Source: Aeromicrobium sp.
Lineage (GTDB): Bacteria; Actinomycetota; Actinomycetes; Propionibacteriales; Nocardioidaceae
Direction of reading: 5' to 3'
Length of the DNA: 64,000 nt
Assembly (NCBI RefSeq): GCF_047607065.1
Contig: NZ_JASGDU010000054.1
Coordinates: 135 to 64,134 of the forward strand
In this document: in pieces, positions 20,076-29,325 of the stretch
Layout of the letters: every line of letters starts with the position of its first letter
Position numbering within the stretch: position 1 is the first letter of the stretch
Made by a program: the position numbers and the translations under genes
The notes under the pieces: generated by a model
Told to the model about the DNA's origin: nothing
Seen by the model: only the letters and a program-made list of their open reading frames with translations
The model's database searches: none

Positions 20076-20108
20076 ATGTCCGAGCGTCGCTGGTGGTCCC
20101 TCCCGTAG
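20076..20108 (+). CDS. trpL: trp leader peptide MSERRWWSLP (tandem Trp codons)
   Basis: ATG TCC GAG CGT CGC TGG TGG TCC CTC CCG TAG. It lies about 90 nt upstream of the anthranilate synthase start, and a U-tailed terminator follows directly. Confidence 0.6.
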   Translation: MSERRWWSLP

Positions 20109-20128
20109 AGGAGGACTGCCGTCGCACG

Positions 20129-20163
20129 CGCCCAGACCCCTCGCACCGGGGCTGGGCGTTTTT
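20129..20163 (+). terminator. attenuator terminator upstream of trpE(G)
   Basis: CGCCCAG(A)CCCC (20129-20140) pairs with GGGGCTGGGCG (20148-20158): 11 bp with one bulge. TTTTT follows (20159-20163). Confidence 0.7.
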
Positions 20164-20198
20164 CGCGTCGGGACCCGGGCGAACCCGTGAGGAAGCAT

Positions 20199-22094
20199 AT
20201 GAATCTGCTCGACACCGTTGTCCTGAAGGACGTGCTCGCCCAGCCGGCCTTCGCCCTGATCCGTTCGCGCGAGGCCGACACGGTCACGCTCATCGGCGGC
20301 CCGCGCATCGACGTGGCCTCCCTCGACGACATCCCGGTGGAGACGGCACCCACCGGCCGACCCGAATGGGACCACCTCGTCTTGATCCCGTTCGCGCAGG
20401 TCCGTGAGCGCGGCTACGAGGCGCACCAGGACGGCACCCCGCTCAGCGTCATCCGTGCCGAGGTGTGTGCCGAGGTGCCGCTGGCCGATCTCCTCGCGGA
20501 CCTCCCCGATGTGCCGGTGACCTTCGCCGACTCCGGCGGCTTCGCCATCGGTGACGACGAGTACGCCGGCGTGGTGCGCCGGATCATCGACGACGAGATC
20601 GGTCGCGGCGAGGGCGCCAACGTCGTCATCGGCCGCCGCTACACCGCCGAGCTGGAGGGGTGGGGCCACGACCAGGCGCTCACCGTCCTGCGCCGGCTGC
20701 TGGAGCGCGAGCGCGGCGCGTTCTGGACCTTCTGCATCTTCACCGGCGACCGGCATCTCATCGGCGCGAGTCCGGAGCGGCATGTCAGCGTCGAGCACGG
20801 CGAGGTCCGCATGAACCCGATCAGCGGCACCTTCCGCCTGCGAGGCCTGGAGACGCAAGGCGAGCGCACGGAGGCGCTGCTGGACTTCCTGCGCGACGAG
20901 AAGGAGATCTACGAGCTCTTCATGGTCGTCGACGAGGAGCTGAAACAGATGTGCCGCATCTGCCACGAGGGCGGCCTCGTGCTCGGCCCCTACCTCAAGG
21001 CGATGAGCCACCTCGTCCACACCGAATACCTGCTGTCGGGCCGCACCGACCTAGACGTGCGTGAAGTGCTGCGCGAGTCGATGTTCGCCGCGACGGTCAC
21101 CGGCAGCCCGGTGGAGAACGCCTGCCGGCTCATCGCGCGCTACGAGGACGAAGGGCGCGGCTACTACGCCTCGGTGGCGGCGCTCATCGGGCGTGACGCC
21201 GACGGGGGCGTGCGCGCCGACGCGCCGATCCTCATCCGCACGGCCGATGTCGATGCCTTCGGGCGGCTCTCGGTCACCGCAGGCGCGACGCTCGTGCGCG
21301 ATTCGGACCCGGTCAGCGAGACCGCCGAGACGTGGGCCAAGGCGAGCGGCATCCTCAGCGCCTTCGGCCTAGTCGACGCCGCACCGCCGGCGACCGACGG
21401 GTTCGCGGCGTTCACGCGGGCCGACGACGTGCTGGTGGCGCTCGGCGCGCGCAATCAGCGGCTGAGCCAGTTCTGGCTGACCGACCAGTCCGGTGCCGCG
21501 CCGGAGGCCTCGCTGACCGGCAAGCGGGTGGTGATCCTCGACGGCGAGGACGACTTCGTCAACATGCTCTCGCACGTGTTCGGCGTCCTCGGCATGACGA
21601 CCGACATCGTCCGCCACGATGCTTCCGACCTGTCTGCCGAGGGCGCGCTCGACGGTTACGACCTCATTGTGGTCGGCCCTGGTCCCGGTGACCCGCGCGA
21701 CACCGGCGACCCGAAGATCGCCACGATCCACGGCGTTGTCGACCGGCTGCTCGCCGCCGAACGCCCGTTCTTGGCGATCTGCCTCGGCCACCAGGTGCTC
21801 TCGCACCGTATCGGCCTCGACCTGGTGTTCAAGGACATCGTTTTCCAAGGCACGCAGAGCCGTCTGTCAGTGCTGGGCCGGACTGAGACGGTCGGCTTCT
21901 ACAACACCTTCGTCGCCCGTGTGCCCGAGGCGGGGCTGCCTGCGGGCGTGAGTGTCGAGGCCGACGAGGAGACCGGCGACATCCACCTTGTCGCCGGCCC
22001 CCACTACCGCGGCGTGCAGTTCCACCCCGAGTCGGTGCTGACCCAGAACGGCTTCGCCATTCTCCGCGATCTCACCCTCGACCTCCTGGGCTGA
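20199..22094 (+). CDS. trpE: anthranilate synthase, fused component I / glutamine amidotransferase (TrpE-TrpG; PhzE-like architecture)
   Basis: The N-terminal chorismate-binding domain has GASPERH, GTFR, ELKQM and TGSPVENA. The C-terminal GATase has FLAICLGHQVL and GVQFHPES. The ATG at 20199 has GAGGA 5 nt upstream; the track starts at the GTG at 20187. Confidence 0.85.
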   Translation: MNLLDTVVLKDVLAQPAFALIRSREADTVTLIGGPRIDVASLDDIPVETAPTGRPEWDHLVLIPFAQVRERGYEAHQDGTPLSVIRAEVCAEVPLADLLADLPDVPVTFADSGGFAIGDDEYAGVVRRIIDDEIGRGEGANVVIGRRYTAELEGWGHDQALTVLRRLLERERGAFWTFCIFTGDRHLIGASPERHVSVEHGEVRMNPISGTFRLRGLETQGERTEALLDFLRDEKEIYELFMVVDEELKQMCRICHEGGLVLGPYLKAMSHLVHTEYLLSGRTDLDVREVLRESMFAATVTGSPVENACRLIARYEDEGRGYYASVAALIGRDADGGVRADAPILIRTADVDAFGRLSVTAGATLVRDSDPVSETAETWAKASGILSAFGLVDAAPPATDGFAAFTRADDVLVALGARNQRLSQFWLTDQSGAAPEASLTGKRVVILDGEDDFVNMLSHVFGVLGMTTDIVRHDASDLSAEGALDGYDLIVVGPGPGDPRDTGDPKIATIHGVVDRLLAAERPFLAICLGHQVLSHRIGLDLVFKDIVFQGTQSRLSVLGRTETVGFYNTFVARVPEAGLPAGVSVEADEETGDIHLVAGPHYRGVQFHPESVLTQNGFAILRDLTLDLLG

Positions 22095-22102
22095 GACCAT
22101 CG

Positions 22103-22159
22103 CCGGTCCCTGAGGTGGGGGTCATTTCGAGGCTCGCAAGCTCGCACCTCAATGACCGG
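22103..22159. repeat. palindromic repeat family, truncated unit + full inverted unit (cluster D)
   Basis: ccggtccctgaggtg / ggggtcatttcgaggctcgcaagctcgcacctcaatgaccgg. Confidence 0.85.
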
Positions 22160-22176
22160 CTCGGCCTCGCACCGGC

Positions 22177-23550
22177 TCACTCCTGGGAGGAGGACAACTC
22201 GCCGCCGTCGGAGTCGAGCTTGACGTCGACGGTGTCGGACTTGCCGTCGCGCAGGTAGGTGATCTTCACCGTGTCGCCCGGCTGGTGGCCGCGCACGGCG
22301 GCGACCAGGGCGCTGGAACTGGCCACCGGGTGACCGTCGAGCGCGGTGATGATGTCGCCCGCTTTCAGTCCCGCATCGTCGCCCGCGCCGCCGGATTCGA
22401 CTTCGCGGATCTCCGCGCCGATGCCGGTCAACTCGTCCTTCTCGGTCGCCGGAGTGACCGTGACGCCGATCCGGGCGTGCTCGACCGTATCGCCCTTGAC
22501 CAGTTGCTCGGCGACATTGCGGGCCAGGTCGATGGGGATGGCGAAACCGAGGCCGATGGACCCCGACGCGCTCGAATCGGTACGGATCGCGGCGTTGATG
22601 CCGATGACGTTGCCGGCCAGGTCGACGAGCGGGCCGCCGGAGTTGCCGGGGTTGATCGCCGCATCGGTCTGGATGGCGGGGAAGACCGTGGCGTTGTCGC
22701 CGGAGGCGTCGCTGGATTCCACCGGACGGTTCAGCGCGCTGACGATGCCCTGGGTGACGGTGCTCTCCAGGCCGAAGGGTGAGCCGATGGCCACGACGTC
22801 CTGGCCGACGACGAGGTCCGCCGACGAGCCGAGTTTGGCCGGCGTCAGGCCCGAAACATCGTCGGCCTGGATGACCGCGATGTCGGTGACCGGGTCGCGG
22901 CCGAGGATCGAGGCCTGCGCGTTGGTGCCGTCACTGAAGGCGACCATGATGGTGCCGCCGTCGGCCGCCGTCTCGACGACATGGTTGTTGGTGAGGATCT
23001 GGCCGTCTCCGCTGAGGATGACCCCGGATCCGGAGCCGCCCTCCTCGCCGTTGCGGACGTTGATCTGCACGACCGACGGCATGACCTCGGCGGCGACGCT
23101 CTCGACCTCGCCCGAGGGGGCTTCGTCGGTGGAGGCGGGGCGATCGAGCGAGGAGGTGCTGTCGTCGGGCGTCGAGGAGGTGCTGTCGTCGTCGCCGCGA
23201 TTCTGCAGCCACGTGCCGCCGTACCCGGCTCCTGCGGCCAGCGCGATGATGACCGCGCCTGCCCCGACCCGACGAGCAACGGTACCGCCGCGCTTCGAGC
23301 CGGAGCCGGGAGCGGCAGCGGGCGGACCTGGCAGCGGCTCACCGGCGGCGGCCGCCGCTTCGGGCGGGGCGGGGACCACGGGGCTGGGCGGCAGGACCGT
23401 GGTCGGGGCGGCGTCGCTGGCCGGAGGCGGGGCGATCTCGGTCGTCGCCTCGATATCGGCGGAGGTCTCCGCAGGGGGTGCCGGATCGATGGGGGGAGCC
23501 GGGACCTCGTGGTCGCTGGTCTCGGCGAAGGGGTCGTGCGAATCGGTCAT
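22177..23550 (-). CDS. pepD: HtrA/PepD-like trypsin-fold serine protease with C-terminal PDZ domain
   Basis: Pro-rich N-terminus and a TM segment. Catalytic His (LTNNHVV), Asp (TDIAVIQ), Ser (NPGNSGGPLV). PDZ domain (GAEIREV...GLKAGDIITALDG). Immediately downstream of mprAB, as in mycobacteria. Confidence 0.9.
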   Translation of the reverse strand: MTDSHDPFAETSDHEVPAPPIDPAPPAETSADIEATTEIAPPPASDAAPTTVLPPSPVVPAPPEAAAAAGEPLPGPPAAAPGSGSKRGGTVARRVGAGAVIIALAAGAGYGGTWLQNRGDDDSTSSTPDDSTSSLDRPASTDEAPSGEVESVAAEVMPSVVQINVRNGEEGGSGSGVILSGDGQILTNNHVVETAADGGTIMVAFSDGTNAQASILGRDPVTDIAVIQADDVSGLTPAKLGSSADLVVGQDVVAIGSPFGLESTVTQGIVSALNRPVESSDASGDNATVFPAIQTDAAINPGNSGGPLVDLAGNVIGINAAIRTDSSASGSIGLGFAIPIDLARNVAEQLVKGDTVEHARIGVTVTPATEKDELTGIGAEIREVESGGAGDDAGLKAGDIITALDGHPVASSSALVAAVRGHQPGDTVKITYLRDGKSDTVDVKLDSDGGELSSSQE

Positions 23551-23569
23551 GGTGTCAGCATCTCCGAGG

Positions 23570-25030
23570 TCACTGAGACGGCTCTGAAGCCGTGGTGTGA
23601 GGGGGCGAAAAAGGGTGCGGGTCGGCCGGTGGGATGGTCATCGAGAACGTCGCTCCCTGGCCGCGGACCGACTCGACCTCGACCGTACCGCCGTGGCGTT
23701 CGGCGGCGCGGCGGACGATGGACAGCCCGAGACCCGATCCGGGCTGGGTGCGGGCCTCGGGCGAGCGGTAGAAGCGGTCGAACACGTGCGGCAGGTCCGC
23801 ATCGGCGATGCCCGGCCCGTGGTCGCGGACGGTGACGACGCCCTCGCGCAGGGCGATCTCGACCGTGCCGTCGACCGGACTCCACTTGGCCGCGTTGTCG
23901 AGCAGATTCGTGATGGCCCGTTCCAGCGAGCGCGGCTCGCCCACGACCCACCACGGAGCGAGGTCCGCCTCGAAGGTCACCGAGGGCGCGCGCAGGCGTA
24001 CCCGGTGCAGGGCGTGTTCGACCACCTCGGCGAGGTCGACAGGCTCGGGGTCATGGGCCAGCGGTTCGTCGCGGGCCAGTTCGACGAGATCGCCGATGAG
24101 CGTGGTCAACTCCTCGACCTGGGCGTGGATGTCGCCCATGACCTCGCTGACCTGTTCGTCGCCGAGCGGCCGGCCGGCTGCGCTGGCCTGGGTCAGGAAC
24201 TCGATGTTGGTGCGCAGGCTGGTCAACGGCGTACGTAGTTCGTGACCGGCGTCGGCGACGAGCTGGCGCTGTTGGGTCTGCGAGGCGTCCAGCGCGACAA
24301 GCATCTGGTTGAACGATGCAGTGAGCCGGGCCAGTTCGTCGCGGCCGATCACCTCGATGGGCTGCAGTTCCTCGGTCCGGGCGACGTGCTCGGCAGCGGC
24401 GGTCAGGCGGCGCACCGGGCGTAGGCCGTTGGTCGCCACAGCCCAGCCCGCGCCGCCGGCGACCGCCATGCCGACGAGCGTCGTGATCGCCAGGACCAGG
24501 CCGAGCCGGTCCAGGGTGCTCTGGATCGAATCCATGCGTTGCACCATGACGAGGGCAGCGCCGGGACCGGCCTGGATCGCCACCACGCGGTAGGCGGTGT
24601 TATCGATCACCGTCGTGCGCGCCGACGTCTGCTCGCGTCCCAGGGAGACAGCCAACTCAGTATCGGTCAGGCGGACTTCGGTGCTCCCGGTGAGGCTGGC
24701 GAACAGCCGGTCGCCCTCGACTCGGAAGATTTCCAGACCCGCGACGTCGAGCAATTCGGCGTCCTGTTTGTCCAGGGATCCGGGGGTGTAACCGGAGGCC
24801 ACAGCCTGATGTGCGCGCGCCCGGATCGAGGCGTCCAGGTTGGCGACCAGCTCGGCCCGAACAACGAGATAGATCGCCGAACTGACGCAGCCGAGGGTCA
24901 GTGCCACCGCGATGGTGGTGAGGGTGGCGACGCGCGCCGCAAGTGAGACGCGCAGCGTCCACTGGCGCAGTCGTGTCCAGAGCGGGCCGTCGTCGGAGTG
25001 GTTGCGGAGTCGGTCGAAAGGCCGGCTCAC
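23570..25030 (-). CDS. mprB: two-component sensor histidine kinase (HAMP-HisKA-HATPase)
   Basis: Track ORF 23570..25171 is over-extended. The GTG at 25030 overlaps the mprA stop (GTGA). H-box [15 protein letters not shown]-box DNAAKWSP, G-boxes DHGPGI and GSGLGLSIV. Confidence 0.85.
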   Translation of the reverse strand: MSRPFDRLRNHSDDGPLWTRLRQWTLRVSLAARVATLTTIAVALTLGCVSSAIYLVVRAELVANLDASIRARAHQAVASGYTPGSLDKQDAELLDVAGLEIFRVEGDRLFASLTGSTEVRLTDTELAVSLGREQTSARTTVIDNTAYRVVAIQAGPGAALVMVQRMDSIQSTLDRLGLVLAITTLVGMAVAGGAGWAVATNGLRPVRRLTAAAEHVARTEELQPIEVIGRDELARLTASFNQMLVALDASQTQQRQLVADAGHELRTPLTSLRTNIEFLTQASAAGRPLGDEQVSEVMGDIHAQVEELTTLIGDLVELARDEPLAHDPEPVDLAEVVEHALHRVRLRAPSVTFEADLAPWWVVGEPRSLERAITNLLDNAAKWSPVDGTVEIALREGVVTVRDHGPGIADADLPHVFDRFYRSPEARTQPGSGLGLSIVRRAAERHGGTVEVESVRGQGATFSMTIPPADPHPFSPPHTTASEPSQ

Positions 25031-25716
25031 GGCGGCGTCTCGCGCAGGACGTAGCCGACCCCGCGAACCGTGTGCAGCAGCCGGCTCTCGCCGTCGGCCT
25101 CCAGCTTGCGGCGCAGATAGCCGACGTAGACCTCCAGGGAGTTGGCCGTCGTCGGGAAGTCGAAGCCCCATACCTCTTGCAGAATGAAGGACCGCTCCAG
25201 GACTCGCTTCGGCCTGCGCAGGAACAACTCCAGCAGCGTGTACTCGGTGCGGGTCAGGGAGATCTGGCGCTCACCGCGCATGACCTCGCGGGTCACCGGG
25301 TTGAGTGACAGGTCGGCGAAGGAGACCGGTTCCTCGTCCGGTTCCTCGTCGGTGCGCGTAGCGCGGCGCAGCAGCGCGCGCAGGCGGGCGAGCAGTTCTT
25401 CGAGGGCAAAGGGCTTGGTCAGATAGTCGTCGGCTCCGGCGTCCAGGCCGTCAACCCGGTCGGTGACGGCGTCGCGGGCGGTCAGCACGAGGATCGGGAC
25501 GTCGTTGCCGGCCCCTCGTAGTGCGCGGGTGGTCTCCAGGCCGTCCAAGCGCGGCATCATCACGTCCATGACGAGGGCGTCGGGCTGGACCTGCGGTACT
25601 CGGGCGAGGGCGTCGATCCCGTCGGTGGCGACTTCGACGACATAACCGTTGAACTCCAGGGACCGCCGGATCGAATCACGGACGGCGCGATCATCGTCGA
25701 CCACCAGAATGCGCAT
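25027..25716 (-). CDS. mprA: OmpR-family response regulator
   Basis: MRILVVDDD...[14 protein letters not shown] receiver domain, then a winged-helix output domain ([12 protein letters not shown]...VRGVGYVL). Confidence 0.9.
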   Translation of the reverse strand: MRILVVDDDRAVRDSIRRSLEFNGYVVEVATDGIDALARVPQVQPDALVMDVMMPRLDGLETTRALRGAGNDVPILVLTARDAVTDRVDGLDAGADDYLTKPFALEELLARLRALLRRATRTDEEPDEEPVSFADLSLNPVTREVMRGERQISLTRTEYTLLELFLRRPKRVLERSFILQEVWGFDFPTTANSLEVYVGYLRRKLEADGESRLLHTVRGVGYVLRETPP

Positions 25717-25887
25717 GGTGCCAGTGTGCCGCGCAGGCCTAAGACTGCGCTGAGACCCAGCGCGGGGGCCGCTGAGGAGTCCGCGATCACGGTTGCGGTG
25801 GTGTCAGGCGCGCCGAGCGGTGTGGAGCGGGTCGTTATCGTGGCAGCGGTTCGCCACAGAGCATCGACACAGGAGGCCGACAGCCCT

Positions 25888-26316
25888 ATGACCCCTCGCG
25901 CCGCCCTGGTCGGCTCCCTGCTCGCTGCGGCCCTGGTGTTGACCGCCGGATGCGGTGGCGGTGACGATTCGCCGTCGAAGACGCAGGTTAACCCTGAGAA
26001 CGTTTCCCCGCAGGATCTGCCCGACGTCCCCGACCTTCCCGGTGCCGAAGGGGCGATCGCCGATGCCACTTTCGGCGAGTGCGGTACCGACGCCGGATCG
26101 CAGACCGTCGAAGGCGAGGTCGAGAACTCCACCAAGGCTGCGGCGAACTACGTCGTTGCGATCAGTTGGATCAACGAGCGTTCGGACGTCCTGGCGCGTG
26201 GTGTGACCGAGATCCAGGACGTCAAGGCGGGCAAAACCGAGGGCTTCGAGGTCACCGCCGAGGTGCCCGAGGGTGTCGGGTCCTGCACCTACTACGTCCT
26301 GCGCGCCGCCGCGTAG
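25888..26316 (+). CDS. putative lipoprotein
   Basis: The in-frame ATG at 25888 has AGGAGG upstream. MTPRAALVGSLLAAALVLTAGCGGGDD contains the lipobox LTAGC. Confidence 0.6.
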   Translation: MTPRAALVGSLLAAALVLTAGCGGGDDSPSKTQVNPENVSPQDLPDVPDLPGAEGAIADATFGECGTDAGSQTVEGEVENSTKAAANYVVAISWINERSDVLARGVTEIQDVKAGKTEGFEVTAEVPEGVGSCTYYVLRAAA

Positions 26317-26380
26317 GGAGCGCGGGCTTGCGGCGCTACACTCGGGCCGTCAGACAGGGGAGCGCCGGGTCCACCGCAGA

Positions 26381-26459
26381 CGGACAGGGGCGCTGAGAGT
26401 GCGGGTGAAGCCGCAGACCCTCCGAACCTGCTCCGGTTAGTACCGGCGAAGGGAGTCCA
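26381..26459 (+). promoter_or_regulatory. TPP (THI-box) riboswitch
   Basis: ggacAGGGGCGCTGAGAGtgcgggtgaagccgcagACCCTccgAACCTGctCCGGttAGTACCGGCGaAGGGAgtcc matches the THI-box signature (CUGAGA, ACCC, AACCUG, CCGG..AUACCGGCG, AGGGA). The 3' strand of P1 (gtcc) and the AGGGAG Shine-Dalgarno end 2-6 nt before the ATG at 26461. Confidence 0.8.
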
Positions 26460-26460
26460 C

Positions 26461-27066
26461 ATGAGTTCTGCATCCCTGCGCGATCTCCTGCGCTACCGCA
26501 CCATCGACCTGGTGACCATCGCGACCCTAGGCGTCGCGTTCGGCGTCGTCTTCTGGGGGTGGGGCAAGCTGTACGCCCTGTTCGACATCGCCGCCAAGCT
26601 CGGCTTCCCGCCGGCGGCGGCTCTCATGGGCGGCGGTTGGCTGATCGCCGGCGTGGTCGGCGGACTTGTGGTTCGCAAGCCCGGTGCCGCGCTGGTGACC
26701 GAGCTGATCGCTGCCTGCGTCTCGGCGTTCATGCCGGGCAACGAGTGGGGCAGCTCGGTCCTGGTGTCCGGCTTGCTGGAGGGTCTCGGTGCCGAGCTGG
26801 TGCTGGCGGTCTTCGCCTACCGGCTGTTCGGGCCTGCCGTCGCTATGGCCGCCGGGGCGCTTGCGGGGGTCTTCGAGGCCGTTTACGAGTGGGGGTCCTG
26901 GTACGCGGACTGGGATTTCGACTACCGCCTGGCCCACCTCGTGCTGTTCGTCGTCTCCGGGGCGCTGATCGCCGGGGTCGGCGGCTGGTTGCTGGTGCGC
27001 GCGCTGGCCAGGGCGGGTGCGCTCGACGCCTTCCCGGCCGGGCGTGAGGCCGTCACCACCGTCTAG
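26461..27066 (+). CDS. ykoE: YkoE-family HMP/thiamine substrate-capture membrane component
   Basis: 201-aa protein with 5-6 TM segments, directly behind the TPP riboswitch and ahead of a duplicated ABC ATPase. This is the classical ykoEDC arrangement. Confidence 0.7.
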   Translation: MSSASLRDLLRYRTIDLVTIATLGVAFGVVFWGWGKLYALFDIAAKLGFPPAAALMGGGWLIAGVVGGLVVRKPGAALVTELIAACVSAFMPGNEWGSSVLVSGLLEGLGAELVLAVFAYRLFGPAVAMAAGALAGVFEAVYEWGSWYADWDFDYRLAHLVLFVVSGALIAGVGGWLLVRALARAGALDAFPAGREAVTTV

Positions 27067-28437
27067 ATGACGTCCGTGCTGCGCCGGGGCGAGGTGGTCG
27101 CCCGGTTCACCTGGCGACCCCTCGGCCGGCGTGAGCCGACGGTCCGCGACCTCGACCTGCGCGTCGAACCGGGCGAGCGGCTGCTGTTGGTCGGCCCGAG
27201 CGGCAGCGGCAAGTCGACGGTCCTGCAGGCGCTCGCCGGTGCGCTGGGGCCGACGGTGCCCGGCGACCTGGACGGCTCGGTCTGCGTCGGCGGGTTCCTC
27301 GGCTTCGTCCCGCAGAATCCGCTCGACGGTCTTGTGGCGGACCGCATCGACCGCGAGATCGCCTTCGGTCCGGAGAACCTGGGCCTGCCGCGCGAGCAGA
27401 TCCGGCGGCGTATCGCCGAATCCCTGGCGGCGGTGCGGCTGCCCTATGGCCTCGATCATCCGACTGCCGCGCTGTCCGGCGGCGAACAGCAGCGGCTGGT
27501 ACTCGCCGGCGTGCTGGCGATGCGGCCGGACGTGATGGCGCTGGACGAGCCGACGTCGATGCTTGACGAGGCGACCGCGCGGGAGGCGCGTTCGGCCGTG
27601 CTCGACGTGACCGGCGACCGGACACTGATCGTCGTCGAGCATCGCTTCGCCGGGTGGCTGGAGCACGTCGACCGGGTGGTGGTGCTCGATGCCGGGCGGA
27701 TCGTGTTCGACGGGTCGCCCGCCGCCCTGCTCGACGCGGCACCGGCGGGTTTGTGGCTGCCCGGTCGGCCAGTGCCGGAGCCGGTGGCGCTGCCCGCCGG
27801 CCTCGTCGGGGCCTCGGGCGAGCCGGTGGTGATCGAGTCCGTCTCGGCCGACCTGACCACCCGGACGCTGCGCGGGACCCGCCGGCACCGCGCGCTCGCC
27901 GGGGTGAGCGCGCGGTTCGATCCCGCCCGCGTCCACGCGGTGACCGGGCCGAGCGGATCGGGCAAGAGCACGCTGCTGCTGACGGCTGCGGGCCTGGTGC
28001 GGCCGGCATCGGGGCGGGTGCGGCCGGACCGGTCGCGACGCCGTCCGCGCGACCTGGCGGCTGGCCTCGGCTGGGTGCCGCAGAATCCCGAGCACGGCTT
28101 CGTCACGACCAGGGTCCGCGACGAGGTCGCGCGCACCTCCGGGGTCGTCGGTGCCTCGGTCGATGTCGGGGCCGTGCTGGAGGCGGTGGGGCTGTCGCGG
28201 CTGGCCGAGGCGCATCCCTTCCGGCTGTCCGGCGGCGAGCAGCGCCGGCTCGCGCTGGCCGCAGCGCTCGCACACCGGCCGGGCCTGGTCGTGCTGGACG
28301 AGCCGACCGTCGGCCAGGACCCCCAGGCGTGGGCGCTGGTCGCGGGGTGGATGACGAGCGCGGCTCGTCACGGCGCGACGGTGTTGGCGAGCACCCATGA
28401 TCCGGACCTGCCGCGCGATGCCGAGGTGCGGTTGTGA
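27067..28437 (+). CDS. ykoD: duplicated ABC ATPase (YkoD/EcfA-EcfA' fusion type)
   Basis: Two complete cassettes. Walker A GPSGSGKST occurs twice, signatures are LSGGEQQR and LSGGEQRR, Walker B ALDEPTS and VLDEPTV. Confidence 0.85.
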   Translation: MTSVLRRGEVVARFTWRPLGRREPTVRDLDLRVEPGERLLLVGPSGSGKSTVLQALAGALGPTVPGDLDGSVCVGGFLGFVPQNPLDGLVADRIDREIAFGPENLGLPREQIRRRIAESLAAVRLPYGLDHPTAALSGGEQQRLVLAGVLAMRPDVMALDEPTSMLDEATAREARSAVLDVTGDRTLIVVEHRFAGWLEHVDRVVVLDAGRIVFDGSPAALLDAAPAGLWLPGRPVPEPVALPAGLVGASGEPVVIESVSADLTTRTLRGTRRHRALAGVSARFDPARVHAVTGPSGSGKSTLLLTAAGLVRPASGRVRPDRSRRRPRDLAAGLGWVPQNPEHGFVTTRVRDEVARTSGVVGASVDVGAVLEAVGLSRLAEAHPFRLSGGEQRRLALAAALAHRPGLVVLDEPTVGQDPQAWALVAGWMTSAARHGATVLASTHDPDLPRDAEVRL

Positions 28438-29105
28438 CCGGTCTCATCGCACGGGTCAATCCGCTGGTGCTCGTCATCGTCGGCCTGTGCGCCCTGGCCG
28501 GGTCGCCGTTCGTGCGCAGCTGGCCGGTGGCGCTGGTGACCCTCGGCACCTACGGGCTGGCCGCGGCGCTGTTCGTGCCGTCGTGGCGGTATGTGCTCGT
28601 CTGCCTCGCCTTCACCCTCGTCGCCGGGGTGAGCGTCGCCTATTCGACGTGGCGGCTCGGTGGGCACGACCCGGCCCTGGCAGTGACGGCGGGCCTGCGG
28701 ATCGTCGTGCTCGCCTGGCCCGGATCAGTCGCCGCCGGCTACATCGATCCGGCGCGGCTTGCGGACTATGCCGGCCAGCGGCTGCGGCTGCCCGCGCGCG
28801 GGGTGGTCGCGTTCTCGGCGGCGTTGCAGCGCTTCTCCCACCTCGCGCAGACCTGGACGACGCTGCAGCGCACCCGCCGTGCCCGAGGCCTGCGGACCCG
28901 GCCCGGTCCGCTGGCCTTCGCGCTGCTGGTCGACGCGATGCGCGGCGCGACCCGCTCGGCGGTGGCGATGGACGCGCGGGGATTCGCCTCCGCGCGGCGG
29001 CGCACCTGGCTCGTGCCGGCACCGTGGACCGGCCTGGACTCGGCGGCCGTCGCCGTGGCCGTCACCCTCGCCGCCCTCCCCGCGCTCCTGTCCCGCCTCC
29101 TGTGA
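28434..29105 (+). CDS. ykoC: CbiQ/EcfT-family transmembrane component
   Basis: 223-aa polytopic membrane protein with GTGA overlap to the ATPase gene. The Arg-rich coupling region is RTRRARG...AMRGATRSAVAMDARGF. Confidence 0.7.
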   Translation: MTGLIARVNPLVLVIVGLCALAGSPFVRSWPVALVTLGTYGLAAALFVPSWRYVLVCLAFTLVAGVSVAYSTWRLGGHDPALAVTAGLRIVVLAWPGSVAAGYIDPARLADYAGQRLRLPARGVVAFSAALQRFSHLAQTWTTLQRTRRARGLRTRPGPLAFALLVDAMRGATRSAVAMDARGFASARRRTWLVPAPWTGLDSAAVAVAVTLAALPALLSRLL

Positions 29106-29165
29106 GGCCGCGTGTGGGCCTAGTCACTGAGCCGGGAAGCGACTAGGGTGCGAACTAAGCAAGCG

Positions 29166-29300
29166 CTTAGAACATGTGCGGATAGGCGCTGGCTGAGGTG
29201 CGAGCGAGGAACGAGCGAGCCTCGAAGCCTGCCACGGCTGGGTCATTTCGAGGCTCGCAAGCTCGCACCTCAATGACCGGCTCCGCCTATCTGCGGAATC
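29166..29300. repeat. palindromic repeat family, full-length composite with terminal inverted repeats (cluster E)
   Basis: Left end GCGGATAGGCG (29178-29188), right end CGCCTATCTGC (29284-29294), 1 mismatch. Inside: ctggctgaggtgcgagcgaggaacgagcgagcctcgaagcc, a spacer, then ggtcatttcgaggctcgcaagctcgcacctcaatgaccgg. Confidence 0.85.
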
Positions 29301-29325
29301 TCATAGTCACCGTGGAAGGAATCCC

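Noticed and set aside
18198-21020. Very long alternative-frame and antisense ORFs (for example 18198..21020 -, 34360..37776 -, 5141..7459 -, 26527..28398 -, 14160..15533 +, 41225..42871 -)
   Set aside because: They are typical high-GC stop-codon-poor artefacts. Their products are Arg/Gly/Pro/Ala-rich low-complexity proteins with no motifs. Each lies opposite or out of frame to a gene with clear family signatures.
20199-22094. Phenazine or ADIC-type secondary-metabolite synthase (PhzE-like) as an orphan biosynthetic gene
   Set aside because: The architecture is PhzE-like, but no phzD/F/G-type or other pathway genes are adjacent. The Trp-codon leader with attenuator directly upstream points to primary tryptophan biosynthesis.
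29281-29296. Element terminal repeat (tCCGCCTATCTGCGGa) derived from the tRNA-Ser 3' end (tCCCCTATCCTCCGCAg)
   Set aside because: Only the CCTATC core and a few scattered positions match, and the alignment needs a gap. That is too weak to support a tRNA origin without many more copies.
29166-29300. Integron attC-like sites (imperfect palindromes near ..ttagaac..)
   Set aside because: There is no intI integrase and no cassette-like promoterless ORF organisation. The flanking genes are core housekeeping genes in conserved synteny. The ends do not match the RYYYAAC/GTTRRRY attC core.
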